DNA of 55,543 nucleotides, taken from a virus (lineage: Duplodnaviria; Caudoviricetes). Location: IMG/VR virus record IMGVR_UViG_3300042210_000075, positions 1 to 55,543 of that record, one strand, 5' to 3'. How positions within the stretch are numbered: the first letter of the stretch is position 1; each line of letters starts with the position of its first letter. This document shows, one piece after another, positions 55,094 through 55,543 of the stretch. Both the position numbers and the translations under genes were made by a program. The notes below the pieces were generated by a model that saw nothing but the letters and a program-made list of their open reading frames with translations, searched no databases and was not told where the DNA came from.

Positions 55094-55543
55094 TCACATC
55101 GCACGATAATAACCGGGCACTTTAAACCAGCGGCGACACATATCAAGGAAGTAGCCATAAATCACCCCCATACCACAAGAAACCACAGCGTTACTCGCAA
55201 CGGCTGTCATTATTTGGTCTGTTGATGCTCCAACTGTGTATAAGATTGCAGCATATACTGGTGATTGGAAAAGCACATAAGCAACGAGATCTGACACGTT
55301 TTTCATCAAACTAGTTTCTGAAATACGTCGACCTTGTCTCAGCATAAAATCTCTAAATACGCCGTAAGGCCAAGCGATGGCGATATTTACGGGAATAGAC
55401 AGAGTTCGCGACGCTAGTGACTGCTCAAATGTCATCTGAGAGATAAATATTTCAATAATCATCCCCGATACAAAGCAGAAAACAACCATTGCAAAAGTGT
55501 CCGCAGCAGCATGACGTATACAAAAAGGGCCACGAGCTTTCAT
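55094..55543 (-). CDS. alaE: L-alanine exporter AlaE (host)
   Basis: [47 protein letters not shown]. Confidence 0.92.
   Translation of the reverse strand: MKARGPFCIRHAAADTFAMVVFCFVSGMIIEIFISQMTFEQSLASRTLSIPVNIAIAWPYGVFRDFMLRQGRRISETSLMKNVSDLVAYVLFQSPVYAAILYTVGASTDQIMTAVASNAVVSCGMGVIYGYFLDMCRRWFKVPGYYRAM

Noticed and set aside
1-55543. CRISPR array, IS element, rRNA
   Set aside because: No regularly spaced repeats, transposase motifs or rRNA-like sequence seen

Overview
Vibrio-like chromosomal segment (SGNH hydrolase and gltS on the left; tRNA-Ser(GGA) and alaE on the right) carrying an apparently complete ~52.5 kb temperate podovirus-like prophage (2324-54860). The prophage is integrated in the tRNA-Ser 3' end, bounded by a 17-bp direct repeat, and encodes a P4-family integrase. 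It has an intact BPP-1-type diversity-generating retroelement: Mtd-like target/VR, avd, TR and RT, with all 14 TR/VR mismatches at TR adenines. It also encodes a 2625-aa polyvalent ejection protein, an N4-gp56-type capsid, a SAR lysis cassette and a Tad2/DUF2829-like protein. The most unusual signals are non-coding. (1) A predicted ~100-nt antisense sRNA (46846-46943, minus) is complementary to a CACAAGG-N3-5-GACCA(A) motif that recurs over the RBS/start codon at about nine phage loci. (2) A D-armless tRNA-Arg(UCU)-like gene lies in a hairpin-rich non-coding region. (3) Three near-identical pR'/qut-like late promoters are each followed by a terminator. (4) A 16-bp palindromic operator is dispersed over five promoter regions, alongside an apparently non-cleavable repressor and a LexA box. 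All family assignments come from motif recognition by eye; no database searches were run.
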